A DNA stretch of 64,000 bases from contig JAMCSD010000006.1 in NCBI GenBank assembly GCA_023380755.1, positions 316,735-380,734 of the forward strand, read 5' to 3'. Both the position numbers and the translations under genes were made by a program. The notes under the pieces are model-generated. The model saw only the letters and a program-made list of their open reading frames with translations. It searched no databases and was not told where the DNA came from. Source of the DNA: Patescibacteria group bacterium (GTDB lineage: Bacteria; Patescibacteriota; Microgenomatia; UBA12405). Shown here one piece after another: positions 27,812 to 38,425 of this stretch (its first letter is position 1; every line of letters begins with the position of its first letter).

Positions 27812-28330
27812 ATGAAATTACCCGATTCGTGGACCACGGTGACCCCTTTTTCCAAAGCCTTTGCTTTTACCTTGTTTATCCTTTTACCCTTTTTTGCTTT
27901 TTACCTGGGCTCACAGTATCAACAGCTTAAAGATACTCCCGCTCCGGTGATTGTTAGGATCACTCAGCTAACCACCCCCACCCCCGCCCCGGCTCGCGAC
28001 CAGTCCTTAATCTGCGGTCCAATGCCGGTCGAATTATTTACAACCGCCAAGTTTGAGCAGCTTACCGGGCCATTATGGTCGCCCGATTGCCGCCACATTG
28101 CTTGGGGTCGAAGGATAAGTACCCCGAGCCGCTTTACCGGCCCCAACCCCCGCGATGGTATTTTCGTATATACCGAGAAAACCGGCAAAACCCAACGCGT
28201 ATACCAACCCCAGGGCGCCGAGGCCGTCGAATTCACCGGTTGGCTGGATTCCCAAAATCTGCATTTCACCAAAAACAGTCAGCCCCCGGCCTATACTTTG
28301 GACCTAGCGACAGGTGCGGTTGCTCCCTGA
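27812..28330 (+). CDS. membrane-anchored protein with PD40/TolB-like WSPD motif
   Basis: TTVTPFSK..A..LFI.LPF..FYLG..Y anchor, TPTP linker, PLWSPD. Confidence 0.75.
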   Translation: MKLPDSWTTVTPFSKAFAFTLFILLPFFAFYLGSQYQQLKDTPAPVIVRITQLTTPTPAPARDQSLICGPMPVELFTTAKFEQLTGPLWSPDCRHIAWGRRISTPSRFTGPNPRDGIFVYTEKTGKTQRVYQPQGAEAVEFTGWLDSQNLHFTKNSQPPAYTLDLATGAVAP

Positions 28331-28434
28331 GTTGTGCTACACTACCCCAGTTCGATAGAAGCCTTTAATTGCGAGACTTTTTATCCGATGTATTCGTACT
28401 TTAAGAAACAGGACTATAAAGAAGGAGGATCCGG

Positions 28435-29022
28435 ATGCAGTTGCTTAAACAGCCCCAAACCGAACAGGAATATTGGGAGTGCCTCTATTCCTTAGGTAGC
28501 AGCCTTTATGCCACCGAGCACGACTTATGTGATGGCCGTATTGACGATCCCGATGGTGAGGTAGCCCGCGACCAGTCTCAGGGTTACGAAATCGGTCGGC
28601 GTTTGATCAGCGAGGCTTGTGATAAGTTTGGCCTCATCCACCCTAACGATATTCCCCGTAATACCACCGGACAGTTGCCGCCCCTACCTCCGGGTAAGAA
28701 GATGTACTTTAACGACTGGCTGCAGGCCAAAAGACGGGAGTGGCTAACTCTGGAATACCACAAAACGATTTGTTCCGGTTGCATTCTTAGTGAAGGTTTG
28801 GAAGAATTCATTCTGCGTGAAGGGGGTATCTGTTGTTCACTGAGTCATAGTTTAGGGATACTGGTTCATTCCGATACCTGCGATTTGGTCGAGCCCATTT
28901 GGGATGACCATTGGAGCCGGCGGCGCTTGCTGACCAACATCCGCGCCCGTGGCGGTCAGGCCGCAGTCATTGTTTTCAGGCAAAAGGAGGCCGAACTCAA
29001 AACCGCGGCTAAAAATACCTAG
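28435..29022 (+). CDS. Cys-containing hypothetical protein
   Basis: 195-aa ORF, SD GGAGG; CSGC, CCS. Confidence 0.72.
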   Translation: MQLLKQPQTEQEYWECLYSLGSSLYATEHDLCDGRIDDPDGEVARDQSQGYEIGRRLISEACDKFGLIHPNDIPRNTTGQLPPLPPGKKMYFNDWLQAKRREWLTLEYHKTICSGCILSEGLEEFILREGGICCSLSHSLGILVHSDTCDLVEPIWDDHWSRRRLLTNIRARGGQAAVIVFRQKEAELKTAAKNT

Positions 29023-29047
29023 TTTATAGTTTGTGAATATGTTCTCG

Positions 29048-29078
29048 GGCACTTAAGTCCGCACCCCGCTTAAGTGCC
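29048..29078. terminator. hairpin between convergent genes
   Basis: GGCACTTAAG...CTTAAGTGCC 10-bp stem. Confidence 0.7.
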
Positions 29079-29082
29079 ATTT

Positions 29083-29601
29083 TTATATCTCCCAATTAAG
29101 AAGTGGACTTAACCAACCTCGCCGGCCGATGTACACCCTTTGACGGGCTATAAAATCGATTCCAGTTAAATTCGCCACCTCCATGGCAATTGAGCGTGTC
29201 GTTCCGTCAATAAGATAAGGCAACCGACTCAACCTTCCCCGCACCATAATTAGATTCGGCAGGCTCTTTCCCTCCTCCAGCTCATCAATAAAATAACGAA
29301 TATTGTTGATGTAACGGTGTTCCGGCAGTTCTCCTTTTTTCTGAAGTTCAATAAATGTCCGGGCAATATCTTCCAAATTATCAACTCTACCATAAGCCAT
29401 CAGCAGGTGGTCCGGGTGATCCTTGGGCAGGTCGGGCGAATAGTAAGGTCGTGCCTTGGCGAGTAAATTGTTGGTTAGCGGAACTTCTTGCCAAGTATTT
29501 ACCTTATTAACTAATTCATGAAACTGCTTTGTTCCCTGCGGGCTCAGCTGATAGTAATGATCAACGACTGTTTTTTTAGCCACCCTCTTTCCTTCTTTCA
29601 T
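29083..29601 (-). CDS. hypothetical protein with ParB/Srx-like motif
   Basis: LP.LIMV....YLIDGTTR resembles the ParB-N DG.xR motif. Confidence 0.6.
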   Translation of the reverse strand: MKEGKRVAKKTVVDHYYQLSPQGTKQFHELVNKVNTWQEVPLTNNLLAKARPYYSPDLPKDHPDHLLMAYGRVDNLEDIARTFIELQKKGELPEHRYINNIRYFIDELEEGKSLPNLIMVRGRLSRLPYLIDGTTRSIAMEVANLTGIDFIARQRVYIGRRGWLSPLLNWEI

Positions 29602-29650
29602 AAACAGATACAATTATACTATGAGTTTTGCGTATCAAATCTTGATACCA

Positions 29651-29676
29651 AAAACCCCTCCGATTTGGAGGGGTTT
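29651..29676 (-). terminator. terminator for the RRM gene
   Basis: AAACCCCTCC-GATTT-GGAGGGGTTT. Confidence 0.8.
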
Positions 29677-29700
29677 AGTTTAAGTTTTTTAAGAAAAAAC

Positions 29701-29970
29701 TTATGCCTTATTAGAACGCTCAGGACGAGGTAGAGCTTCCTTAACAACAATGTTGCGGCCCATTTGGTCGCTGTTGTTTAGTTCGGCAATTGCTTTGGCG
29801 GCATCTTCATCAGATGAAAATTCCACAAATCCGAATCCGCGGCTGCGGCCGGTCATCTTGTCTTTGACGATGTTGGCCGAGGTTACTTGGCCGTAAGCAG
29901 AAAAAACTTGTAACAAATTGTCATCGGTCATTGCAAAAGGCAAGTTGCCGACAAAAAGATTCTTAGCCAT
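29701..29970 (-). CDS. RRM (RNP-1) RNA-binding protein
   Basis: LFVGNL (RNP-2), RGFGFVEF (RNP-1). Confidence 0.96.
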   Translation of the reverse strand: MAKNLFVGNLPFAMTDDNLLQVFSAYGQVTSANIVKDKMTGRSRGFGFVEFSSDEDAAKAIAELNNSDQMGRNIVVKEALPRPERSNKA

Positions 29971-30187
29971 TAAGTCTCCTTATAAAATAAAATTAACAAG
30001 ACATCACGCTGCATTAGGGAAATAAAAAGGGGAATATAAAAAATCTCTTTAAATTTACTTTATGCTTCGTGTAATCTTTGATGCCGGCCGCTGGCTAAAG
30101 CCGCCTTTATCTGATCCCTATTATAGCAAATACCTCGGAAAAATGGTACAAGTAGCTGTTTTTGGCTGACCAGGATACAATAAGTGG

Positions 30188-31843
30188 GTGCCCAAAATTG
30201 AGAGCCGAGTCCATCAGGTGATTGACCGCGAGACTACTAAAAATGAATTACTTTCGATTCTCTTAAAGAACCGCAATGTTTCGTCGTCGGCTGCTGACAC
30301 CTTTTTCCATCCCACCCACCCTAAAGCCCTCACGCCAACGGAGTTCGGTTTAAGCGCCCCGGCCCTAGGAGCAGCCAAAGATAGCCTTAAATCTGCCTTG
30401 ACCTCCAAATCAAAAATCCTCATTTATGGCGATTATGACGTCGATGGCTTAACCTCGACGGCCATAATGTGGCAGACTCTTACCCAGCTTGGGGCCAACG
30501 TCCTGCCTTTTATCCCTCACCGGGAAAAAGATGGTTACGGTTTCCGTTATCAGTCATTACGCCGCTTCGAAGATTCTAAAAAGACCCATTTTGACATGGT
30601 AATTACCGTTGATAACGGGATTGTCGCCCACCAGGAACTCGCCAAGTTAGTTGCCGACGGTCGGCAAGTTATCGTCGTGGACCACCATTTGCCCGATGGC
30701 GAGCAGGACCCGGCCATTAATATCGTTCATTCTACCCAAGTATCCGGTAGTATTCTTTCCTGGGTTGTGGCCCACTCCCTCGACCCCAACGCCGATTTAG
30801 GTTTAGCCGCACTCGGTGCTGTTGCCGATTGTGTTCCCTTGCTGGGTGTTAACCGCAGCGTGGTGGTCTATGGCCTGCAATCACTGCGCCTTAATCCTAA
30901 TATCGGCCTTAAAAAGCTCATGGAAATTAGCCGCTGCCGTCAGGATTCGCTCTCGACTTACGATTTGGGATTTATCCTCGGGCCAAGGCTGAATGCTGTT
31001 GGCCGCCTCTCTGATCCCACTGATGCCCTCCGGCTACTGTGTAGCCCCAACCTGGCTACTGCGGCCAAATACGCCCGTGTTTTGGAGGATTTTAATCGCG
31101 ACCGCCAATTGCTCCAAGGTGAACACTTGGAAGAAGCCGAAAAAATGGTCAAAGAAAACCAAAATAAAGTCATCGTGATTGCCAGTCCTAAGTTTAGTCC
31201 GGGAATTATCGGTCTGGTCGCTGGGCGCCTCTTAGAAAAATATCATTTGCCTAGTGTGGTGATAAGTATTGAAGATAGTTTTGCCAAAGGTTCTTGCCGT
31301 TCTATCCAGGGTCTCAATATTATCGACCTTCTTCGGAGTATGGAGGATCTCTTTATGGACCTTGGCGGCCATGCCGCCGCGGCAGGGTTTACCATTGCCA
31401 CCAAAAATATTCCGGAATTGCAAAAACGACTGGCTCACGTCTTAAATAAAAAATTGTCCGCTACCGAGTTGGAACCCGTCATCGAGGTTGACGCCCGCAT
31501 GAAACTTTCGGCTGTCAATCTTAAGAATATTGACTATATTAAAACTCTGGAACCCTTCGGCGTGGGTAATCCTGAACCGTTGTTTGCCTTTGAAAAGGTC
31601 CAAATCCGTTCCAAGCGTCTGCTGGGCCAGACTGGCGATCATCTTCGTCTTAATCTCGATGATCCCGAAACTAAAACTATTGAAAACACTTCCACCACGG
31701 CCATCGCTTTTAAGAAAGGGGATATGTACGACCAATTACACGATGGCGATGTGGTCGATATTGTTGCCCGTCTCGAGGCCAATGTCTGGCAGCATCAAAG
31801 TTACCCTCAACTGGTAGTGAAAGAAATCATTAAAGGTATATAA
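30188..31843 (+). CDS. recJ: single-stranded DNA exonuclease RecJ
   Basis: YGDYDVDG, ITVDNG, DHH, PRLNA.GR, GSCRS, GGH..AAG, LEPFG.GNP. Confidence 0.97.
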   Translation: MPKIESRVHQVIDRETTKNELLSILLKNRNVSSSAADTFFHPTHPKALTPTEFGLSAPALGAAKDSLKSALTSKSKILIYGDYDVDGLTSTAIMWQTLTQLGANVLPFIPHREKDGYGFRYQSLRRFEDSKKTHFDMVITVDNGIVAHQELAKLVADGRQVIVVDHHLPDGEQDPAINIVHSTQVSGSILSWVVAHSLDPNADLGLAALGAVADCVPLLGVNRSVVVYGLQSLRLNPNIGLKKLMEISRCRQDSLSTYDLGFILGPRLNAVGRLSDPTDALRLLCSPNLATAAKYARVLEDFNRDRQLLQGEHLEEAEKMVKENQNKVIVIASPKFSPGIIGLVAGRLLEKYHLPSVVISIEDSFAKGSCRSIQGLNIIDLLRSMEDLFMDLGGHAAAAGFTIATKNIPELQKRLAHVLNKKLSATELEPVIEVDARMKLSAVNLKNIDYIKTLEPFGVGNPEPLFAFEKVQIRSKRLLGQTGDHLRLNLDDPETKTIENTSTTAIAFKKGDMYDQLHDGDVVDIVARLEANVWQHQSYPQLVVKEIIKGI

Positions 31844-32015
31844 TATCTTCCATAAAGCGTCTTAGTGGCCAACAACCACGAAGCTGCGGGAAGAAAAGCT
31901 CATCACTCATTAGAACCCGACGGAGGCAAAACCGTACCAGACTGGCTGCGTGTGTCGTTTATCGGAGCACGTTTAATTCTCCTTACGACACGTGTATTAT
32001 TAATTTATTGCCTCT

Positions 32016-33809
32016 ATGCTACCAAGAACACGTGCCCTTGAAGCTCTCCAAAAAATCGGTGAGAGTATTATTTTAAAAGGCTGGGTTGCCAATATCCGGG
32101 ACCACGGCCAAATAATCTTTATCGAGTTACGCGATTGGACCGGGATCATCCAAATTGTGGTTGATAAGTCTGTTGCCCCAGTCGCTTTTAAAATTGCCTC
32201 TAGCTTGGGCAAAGAATGGGTGGTGGCAATTGAGGGTGAAGTCAAAAAACGGGAGCCTGCTTTTGTCAATAAAAATTTAACTACTGGTGAAATTGAAGTC
32301 GCCGCTACCGAAATCCAAGTTTTAAACCAATCAAAAGTCTTGCCTTTTCCTTTGGATACCGATGGCCGGGAACTCGACGAAAACTTACGCCTAAAATACC
32401 GATTTATTGATTTACGCCGGGAACGCTTGGGGCAGATCATCCGTCTGCGCCATCGCTATACCATGGCTATCCGCAATTGGATGGACCAACACGGATTTAC
32501 CGACGTCGTCACCCCGGTGTTAACCAGCTCTTCTCCCGAAGGTGCCCGGGATTTCATTATTCCTTCCCGGATCCACAAAGGCAGGTTTTACGTTTTGCCC
32601 CAAGCCCCCCAACAATTTAAGCAGCTTTTGATGGTTGGTGGCGTTGACCGTTATTACCAAATTGCTCCTTGTTTTCGTGATGAAGATCCGCGGGCCGACC
32701 GCCATTACGGTGCTTTTTACCAAATCGATGTCGAGATTTCTTTCCCTACCATTGACGAAATCTTAGGTGTGGCCGAAAACTTGGTCAATGACACCTTTAA
32801 AACCGTTGCTCCCCAAAAGAAAATCAAACAATTTCCCTTCCCCCGGATTTCCTATCTTGAGGCGGTAGATAAGTACGGCACTGATAAGCCTGATACCCGC
32901 TTCGAGTTGTTCCTAAAAGATCTTACCGAAGTCGTCAAGGGTAACACTGAATTTGGCATCTTTAATAATGCTGAATCGGTCAAGGCAATGGTCGCTCCGG
33001 GTTGTGCCACTTGGTCCAAAACCGAGCTGGAAAGAATGGAAAAATTTGCCAAAGAAAAAGGCGCCAAAGGCCTCATCAATCTCAAGGTGACTGCCGCGGG
33101 TCTCGAGGGCAATACCGCCAAATTCTTGACCCCCGCTGTCCAACAAGACATCATCAAAGCCGCTGGAGCCAGGGCAGGGGATTTGCTCTTGATTGCCGCC
33201 GGCAAAAAGTCCGAGGTTAATAAGGTTTTGGGAGCTGTCCGCCTCCGTCTGGGCGAAATATTGAAATTGGCCGATCCCAATGAGTTAGCTTTTATCTTCG
33301 TCACTGATTTTCCTTTTTATGAAATTAACGAAGAAGGAAAATTGGACTTTGGCCACAATCCTTTCTCCATGCCCCAGGGCGGCATGAAAGCTTTTGCGGT
33401 CGATGATCCCTTAAAGATTCGGAGCTTCCAATACGACCTTGCCTGCAACGGCTACGAACTAATGTCTGGGTCCATCCGTAATCACGAGCCGGAAACCTTA
33501 GTCAAAGCCTTTGAAGTTGTAGGCTATGATCGGGCCGAAGTCTTGCGGCGTTTTGGCGGCATGTATAACGCCTTCCAGTATGGCGCCCCGCCCCATGGTG
33601 GTTTTGCCATCGGTATTGATCGCTTGTTTATGATCCTCATTGACGAGCCCAACATCCGTGATGTCTACGCCTTCCCGCTCAACAGTAACGGTGTTGATGT
33701 CCTAATGAATGCCCCGAGTCCCGTCTACCCCAAACAGCTCGAGGAATGCGGCATTATGCTTCGCCCCGACCTGGAGCCTGAAGAAGAAGAGACCAAAGAA
33801 GCGGCCTAG
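32016..33809 (+). CDS. aspS: aspartate--tRNA ligase, probably non-discriminating
   Basis: RDHG (His typical of ND-AspRS), PEGARDF, LPQAPQ.FKQ, CFRDED.RADR, GAPPHGG. Confidence 0.98.
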   Translation: MLPRTRALEALQKIGESIILKGWVANIRDHGQIIFIELRDWTGIIQIVVDKSVAPVAFKIASSLGKEWVVAIEGEVKKREPAFVNKNLTTGEIEVAATEIQVLNQSKVLPFPLDTDGRELDENLRLKYRFIDLRRERLGQIIRLRHRYTMAIRNWMDQHGFTDVVTPVLTSSSPEGARDFIIPSRIHKGRFYVLPQAPQQFKQLLMVGGVDRYYQIAPCFRDEDPRADRHYGAFYQIDVEISFPTIDEILGVAENLVNDTFKTVAPQKKIKQFPFPRISYLEAVDKYGTDKPDTRFELFLKDLTEVVKGNTEFGIFNNAESVKAMVAPGCATWSKTELERMEKFAKEKGAKGLINLKVTAAGLEGNTAKFLTPAVQQDIIKAAGARAGDLLLIAAGKKSEVNKVLGAVRLRLGEILKLADPNELAFIFVTDFPFYEINEEGKLDFGHNPFSMPQGGMKAFAVDDPLKIRSFQYDLACNGYELMSGSIRNHEPETLVKAFEVVGYDRAEVLRRFGGMYNAFQYGAPPHGGFAIGIDRLFMILIDEPNIRDVYAFPLNSNGVDVLMNAPSPVYPKQLEECGIMLRPDLEPEEEETKEAA

Positions 33810-33869
33810 TTCTGTTATCATGAAATCAGTCGATTTTATTAAAATTGGTGTGCCCCACCATTGGCCATT

Positions 33870-34832
33870 ATGCGCAAACTAACGCCTAAAATTCATTGGT
33901 CAATTGTCATCCTGGTCATCTTGTTGCTTTCCGGCCTTCTCCCCACTACTAAAATGTGGAGTTTTCCCGTTCTGGTCAACATACCCCCAGCGATTAAGGG
34001 TAATCCCTTGCTTGATAATTTTCAGCACCCCCCGGTTCCCGTGGTCAAAGCCGCTGATTTACCCGCTCTTCAGGCTAGTTCTTATATAGTCTTAGATAAA
34101 ACGACCAACGCCATTATTATCGCCAAAAATCCCCATTCCCGGATTTATCCGGCTTCCACCACCAAGTTAGCCACCGTCTTAACCGCCCTAAATACCTTTC
34201 CCCTCGACAAGGTCATTACTATCAAAGATCCCTATAAGGATGGTCAAATTATGAAACTGGAACCGGGCGAAAAAATCACCGTCCGCTCCTTGGTTTCCGC
34301 CCTTCTCATTTATTCTGCCAACGACTCTGCCCACGCCCTGGCTGACCATTTTGCCGGCGGCGAACCCGCTTTTGTCACGGCCATGAATAGTCTGATGGCT
34401 AAATATAATCTGACCGATACCCACTTCGTCGATGTCGACGGCATGCATCAGCCGGACCATTATTCTACGGTCTACGACCTGGGGCAGCTCGGGCGCTTAG
34501 CCGCCAAAAACCCTATTGTTCGGGAAACAGTCAAGATCCCCAAGCTGACCGTCACCGACTTGTCAGGCAATATTTCCCATCCCCTAACCACTACCGATGA
34601 ACTCTTAGGCGTTGTTCCCGAAATTGAAGGTTTAAAAACCGGCTGGACTCCCGAGGCTGGCGGATGTTTTATTGGCTTGGTCAACATTAATAACCACGAG
34701 TTGGTTACCGTGGTGGCTGCCTCGGCAGACCGCTTTGGGGATACTAAACTGCTGATTGATTGGCTAAAAAATAATCTTTCTTATCATGATTATTCTGGTG
34801 ATACCATTGAATCGGCGACCGCTGGCAAATAA
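33870..34832 (+). CDS. D-alanyl-D-alanine carboxypeptidase (peptidase S11)
   Basis: SxxK (PASTTK), SxN (SAND), KTG. Confidence 0.93.
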   Translation: MRKLTPKIHWSIVILVILLLSGLLPTTKMWSFPVLVNIPPAIKGNPLLDNFQHPPVPVVKAADLPALQASSYIVLDKTTNAIIIAKNPHSRIYPASTTKLATVLTALNTFPLDKVITIKDPYKDGQIMKLEPGEKITVRSLVSALLIYSANDSAHALADHFAGGEPAFVTAMNSLMAKYNLTDTHFVDVDGMHQPDHYSTVYDLGQLGRLAAKNPIVRETVKIPKLTVTDLSGNISHPLTTTDELLGVVPEIEGLKTGWTPEAGGCFIGLVNINNHELVTVVAASADRFGDTKLLIDWLKNNLSYHDYSGDTIESATAGK

Positions 34833-35833
34833 GCTACAAAATTATTATCACCCTCAAAGACGTAAATTGGTTGCATGAAATTAGTCAGTGTGGCCGGCTC
34901 AAAATAGGCCAAATATATTTTGCGTACGGTTGTGCTGGTGGTATCCCCCTGGGCCAGAAAATACATGCCGTTTTGCACATCAGCCCAGGCTTGTTGCGGT
35001 GTCACAATTGGGTAAGTTGAAAATGACTGCCGGTCAATGGGGGAGTAGCTGTAGTTCACCTGAACAATGCGTTTCGTTTCCACCGCCGAGCCGCTGATTA
35101 AAAAAGATACCGAAGCTGTTTTTGGGTCAGCAGGCATGATCGCCATCCCGTCATCAGTCGCTTTCCGGAAAATGTCCACTTTCACCAGATCAGCATCCGA
35201 CAACGAATCCGCTGCGGTTAAGCCACTAAAGCCAATTTTTAAATAACTGAATTTGTAAGTGCCGTCGTCCAGGTCAGGGGATAATTTATTGGCCCGTTGC
35301 AAAAAAGTTTTAGCGGCATTGGTGGCTTCGGCATTGGTTGGCATATGGTCGGGGTTTTGCAGCAACTGGTCTTTTTCAAAGGGGTATTTAAACAGAAAAC
35401 TGCCGTCTAGAACATTCATGGTAAAAGTCAGATTATTGCTGGCGTTAGTCCACTGGTAAACCCCCGTCTTGGTTTCTATCGCCTGGTCGGTAAACCCCAA
35501 AGATTTGGCAGTCACGTAGCCGTCGTCCAAAGCAGTTAAAGTATTCACCGGCTTATAAACCACATATACCTTGGCTTGGTCACTATATTTCGGGAAGCTG
35601 TCATTAGGTAATTCCAAACTCAATTGAACCTTCGGTGTGTCCTTGGATGGAAAAACAATTTTTGGCAGTTTTCCGTACCGGACTGTTGGCGGCACATAAG
35701 GCGGGTGGGCCTTTAAGTAAGCGGCAATCGCCGTTGATACCCCCCATTGGAGCACAATCAGTAAAATTAAGCCTACACCCCCGAATTTAATGATATTTCT
35801 AGCCCAATATCCCGTAACGGTTAAGCTCGCCAT
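34790..35833 (-). CDS. membrane-anchored exported hypothetical protein
   Basis: N-terminal TM, PP..YGKLP.I.FP, C-terminal QPIYVF. Confidence 0.8.
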   Translation of the reverse strand: MASLTVTGYWARNIIKFGGVGLILLIVLQWGVSTAIAAYLKAHPPYVPPTVRYGKLPKIVFPSKDTPKVQLSLELPNDSFPKYSDQAKVYVVYKPVNTLTALDDGYVTAKSLGFTDQAIETKTGVYQWTNASNNLTFTMNVLDGSFLFKYPFEKDQLLQNPDHMPTNAEATNAAKTFLQRANKLSPDLDDGTYKFSYLKIGFSGLTAADSLSDADLVKVDIFRKATDDGMAIMPADPKTASVSFLISGSAVETKRIVQVNYSYSPIDRQSFSTYPIVTPQQAWADVQNGMYFLAQGDTTSTTVRKIYLAYFEPATLTNFMQPIYVFEGDNNFVAYLPAVADSMVSPE

Positions 35834-35949
35834 AAAGTAATTGTAAACTAAGTCCTACGTCTCTGCTTAATCAACTTGAAAATAGTCCAAAACGGCCTAT
35901 AATACTCGAGTTTACTGAAATTGGCACATTTAAAAAGGAAGGTTTAGAA

Positions 35950-36435
35950 ATGAATACTCGCAACCCGCGTCATGTGGTCGTTCTCGTGGTCACCATTCTT
36001 GCCCTCGTGGCATCAACAGTCCTCGCTGCCTGCGGCGGAATACAAGGTGCTCAAGCCGTTCGTGACGGTAAGATCTTTGATTGGGTTTCCAACTGGGAAC
36101 CGCGGCCGAATGGCTATGACGTCATTTGGTTTAGGTTTGACCCGGTCGCGGGATACTGCACCAACAACCAGGATACTAAGGAATTGGCAGAATATTACGC
36201 GTTAAACAACGTCTACGTCCTCAGCCATTACGAGACAATCAACTTCGGTGCATCCGACGGTAGCTTCCTTGGTTCTGGCTGTCCCAACGACGTCCAGAAT
36301 GGAAGCGGGAACAATCCCGTCTACCGCCTTACCTGTATCGAGGTCGCTAACCCTAAGGACCCGGCCAATGCCAACATCCGCAACCCCGGTTGCGAAAAAG
36401 TCGGCGACTCCTATCGGCAAAAGATAGATAAGTAA
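35950..36435 (+). CDS. lipoprotein, hypothetical
   Basis: Lipobox LAAC; 4 further Cys; SD AAGG. Confidence 0.78.
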   Translation: MNTRNPRHVVVLVVTILALVASTVLAACGGIQGAQAVRDGKIFDWVSNWEPRPNGYDVIWFRFDPVAGYCTNNQDTKELAEYYALNNVYVLSHYETINFGASDGSFLGSGCPNDVQNGSGNNPVYRLTCIEVANPKDPANANIRNPGCEKVGDSYRQKIDK

Positions 36436-36773
36436 AAATCGGTAAACAACCTTCCGGCAACGGCTTTTAATAATTTTGTCAGTTCGCTGACATTTATTGT
36501 TTGAAGTTCGATGCCGGAAGGATTAGTTAAACTTCTCCTAAAATTAAACTACCTCTTTTTGTTATAATCGCTTTGCCACAAGAAATCGCTTGATCATTTG
36601 CTGAGCAACTCGCTTTTTTTGGCAGTTCTTTAACAGCTAATGGTTTATCTTTCTATAATCTTGGCTACTAATCATAGTATCCAAAATTTCGCCGGTTATT
36701 GGAGGCAAGATTATAAAAAAATTCCCGTGTTCGAATGTGAATAATTGGTACCAGTATTTTTGCGAGGATAACA

Positions 36774-38312
36774 ATGAAAGACAAAATGAAACGTAGGCTT
36801 CCCCTGATCGTCTCCGTCGCCGTCGTTTTCGCCCTTCTGGTGAGCATTGCCGCTTCTGGTAACTCGCTGCATGCTGCTTCACCATTAACGAGCGTCCTTG
36901 TCCGTAATGGTTTAGCTCAACCACTCACTTTAACCTACAACTATTTCGCCTATCTGCCGATTATTGGCAACCGCATGGGTTTACGCGGGCCGGTCGGCGC
37001 CGAAATGGATGGCGGATTTACCGACGGTAACGGTATGCAGTTCTTCGAGAAAAGTCACTATACTATCACCCGTTACGCCGGGGTCCAGTGGGAGCAAATC
37101 GAGGCCACCAAAGGCACCTATAATTGGGATGCCACCACTGATTCCAGTTTAATCCGTGCCCATAATGATGGCGCCGACACGCTCCTCATTATTCGAGGTG
37201 TTCCCACCTGGGCGCGTCCTGTCACCGACACCACCAAATTGTGCGGACCGATTGACGCCAGCCACTATGCCGATTTTGCCAACTTTGTTGATGCCGTAGT
37301 GGCTCGTTACTTGCCCTATACCCAATTCTTTGAGTTGGGTAACGAGCCGGATGTCGATCCCTATTACATTGGATTACCAAACGGACTGCCAAACGATGGC
37401 ACCATTGGTTGTTGGGGTAATCCCAACGATACGTCCTGGGGTGGTGCTGGCGCCTATGTCAATATGCTTAAAGTCGTCACTCCCCAGGTAAAAGCTGATC
37501 ACCCCACCGCCAAATTCCTAAATGGAGGCTTATTGTTCGGCAACAATCCGGACACCTGCACGGGCGACAATGTCGCTAAATTTGCCAAGGGTCTCATTAC
37601 ACTCGGTAGTTTGGACTATCTTGATGGCTTTTCTTATCATGGATATACCTATTGGAACTACACACCCAACGGTACGTTCTTGGAAAAACAAAAGCCAAGC
37701 GGTTGCGGTTGGAATGCCAGTCCGACTATCCCCAAGATTCAAACCATAACTTCCTGGTTAAAGGCCACTATCAATCAATACGCGCCGGCTCACAATGGCA
37801 TTCCGCTCTACTTGACGGAAAATGCCATGGTCAGTTACCAGGCCTATGTCATGCCCCCCAGCGATCAGTTACGGGTTGTCCAAAGTTACTACGCCGCCAT
37901 TTCCACCGGTTTTGCGGTCTACCACAACCTGTCGGGCATCATCTATTGGCGCATGGAACCGTCGCAGATGTACCACTTCAATACCGAGCTCTTGGATAAC
38001 TCTGGCTCAGTCCTTTATCCAAACAAGGTCTACACCGCCCTGCTTACCTCTAATGGGAACATGGTGGGTTATCCGGTTATCGGTTGGGACAGCAACCAAA
38101 GTCAAGCCGGTGTTTCCATCTTAAAGTTTGATCGTGGAACTCTGGGGCAACTCTGGTTGGTCTGGAATAGCAACGGCGACAACGCTGTCCCGTTGACGTA
38201 CACCCTATCAGTCACGCCAACCGCCATGTGGGATGTCTGGAACAATCCGCTTCCGCCCACCAAGTCGATTTACCTCAACGATCCTTATCGGGCGCTCTAT
38301 ATAAAACCATAG
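36774..38312 (+). CDS. secreted clan-A glycoside hydrolase (GH39/GH5-like)
   Basis: Signal peptide; W..IE..KG.YNW, acid/base GNEPD, SYHGY, nucleophile LTEN. Confidence 0.82.
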   Translation: MKDKMKRRLPLIVSVAVVFALLVSIAASGNSLHAASPLTSVLVRNGLAQPLTLTYNYFAYLPIIGNRMGLRGPVGAEMDGGFTDGNGMQFFEKSHYTITRYAGVQWEQIEATKGTYNWDATTDSSLIRAHNDGADTLLIIRGVPTWARPVTDTTKLCGPIDASHYADFANFVDAVVARYLPYTQFFELGNEPDVDPYYIGLPNGLPNDGTIGCWGNPNDTSWGGAGAYVNMLKVVTPQVKADHPTAKFLNGGLLFGNNPDTCTGDNVAKFAKGLITLGSLDYLDGFSYHGYTYWNYTPNGTFLEKQKPSGCGWNASPTIPKIQTITSWLKATINQYAPAHNGIPLYLTENAMVSYQAYVMPPSDQLRVVQSYYAAISTGFAVYHNLSGIIYWRMEPSQMYHFNTELLDNSGSVLYPNKVYTALLTSNGNMVGYPVIGWDSNQSQAGVSILKFDRGTLGQLWLVWNSNGDNAVPLTYTLSVTPTAMWDVWNNPLPPTKSIYLNDPYRALYIKP

Positions 38313-38425
38313 GAAATACTATTGAATCGATAAACCATTAAGCCGGGGACTCTCACTATGAGAAATAGTTCTAGTGAGAGTTCCTCTTGTTCTTAGTCAA
38401 TCCCGCGTAATGCTAAAATAAGCTC

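Noticed and set aside
29032..29047. CRP-like site TGTGA-ATATGT-TCTCG
   Set aside because: Lies between convergent gene ends with no promoter to regulate
17921..29080. Integron cassette array (short ORFs separated by hairpins)
   Set aside because: Mixed orientations, own promoters, no RYYYAAC/GTTRRRY attC ends, no integrase
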